From Escherichia phage BMA1, in sequence record PQ178821.1: a DNA stretch of 45,135 nt. The stretch is one strand, 5' to 3'. Position 1 is the first letter of the stretch. Each line of letters opens with the position of its first letter. The notes under the pieces were generated by a model that searched no databases, had not been told where the DNA came from, and worked only from the letters and a program-made list of their open reading frames with translations. Shown here piece by piece: positions 45,026-45,135 of the stretch. A program made the position numbers and the translations under genes.

Positions 45026-45135
45026 ATCCGGGGATTGCAAAATACACGGCAGCATGTTGCGAAGTGCGGTCGCGGATGAACTAGGCAACCAATGCGGGTT
45101 GCATTATGCGGAGTGAAAAACGCAGTTTGCAGATT

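Noticed and set aside
1-45135. Prophage or temperate lifestyle
   Set aside because: No integrase, CI-like repressor, attachment site or flanking bacterial genes recognised; the window looks like a free phage genome.

Overview
The window reads as a near-complete, probably virulent, siphovirus-type phage genome of about 45 kb; no integrase, repressor or attachment site was recognised. A long + strand block (104..28893) carries small early genes, a holin/endolysin cassette, terminase small and large subunits, portal, head morphogenesis protein, overlapped Rz/Rz1 spanins, scaffold, major capsid, head-tail joining genes, major tail protein, a G/GT tail chaperone pair with a -1 slippery site, tape measure, lambda-like M/L/K/I/J tail-tip genes and a tail fiber with a C-terminal S74-type chaperone domain. 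A - strand block (28933..41748) carries replication and DNA-modification genes: Dam-like and C5-like methyltransferases, SNF2 helicase, VRR-NUC nuclease, family A DNA polymerase, a putative SSB and a Cas4-like nuclease. A divergent promoter region near 41.8-42.1 kb precedes an HTH protein and a primase-helicase on the + strand. The architecture resembles enterobacterial HK578/Dhillonvirus-like siphoviruses, but that is an impression from memory that I cannot confirm without a search. The most notable signals are: (1) a two-gene cassette transcribed antisense inside the head operon; (2) two homologous GCGGGACA-iteron plus hairpin elements 28 kb apart, one wedged between the GT chaperone and the tape measure gene and one after the primase-helicase gene; (3) an ATTGGTTGC motif recurring in intergenic regions; (4) an HTH-metallophosphoesterase fusion upstream of the terminase; (5) an antisense lipoprotein next to the receptor-binding genes. 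Two regions look like sequence or assembly problems (ambiguous bases and a chimeric duplicate at 34.77-35.34 kb). All functional calls are from reading motifs in the translated ORFs and from gene order; no database search was run.
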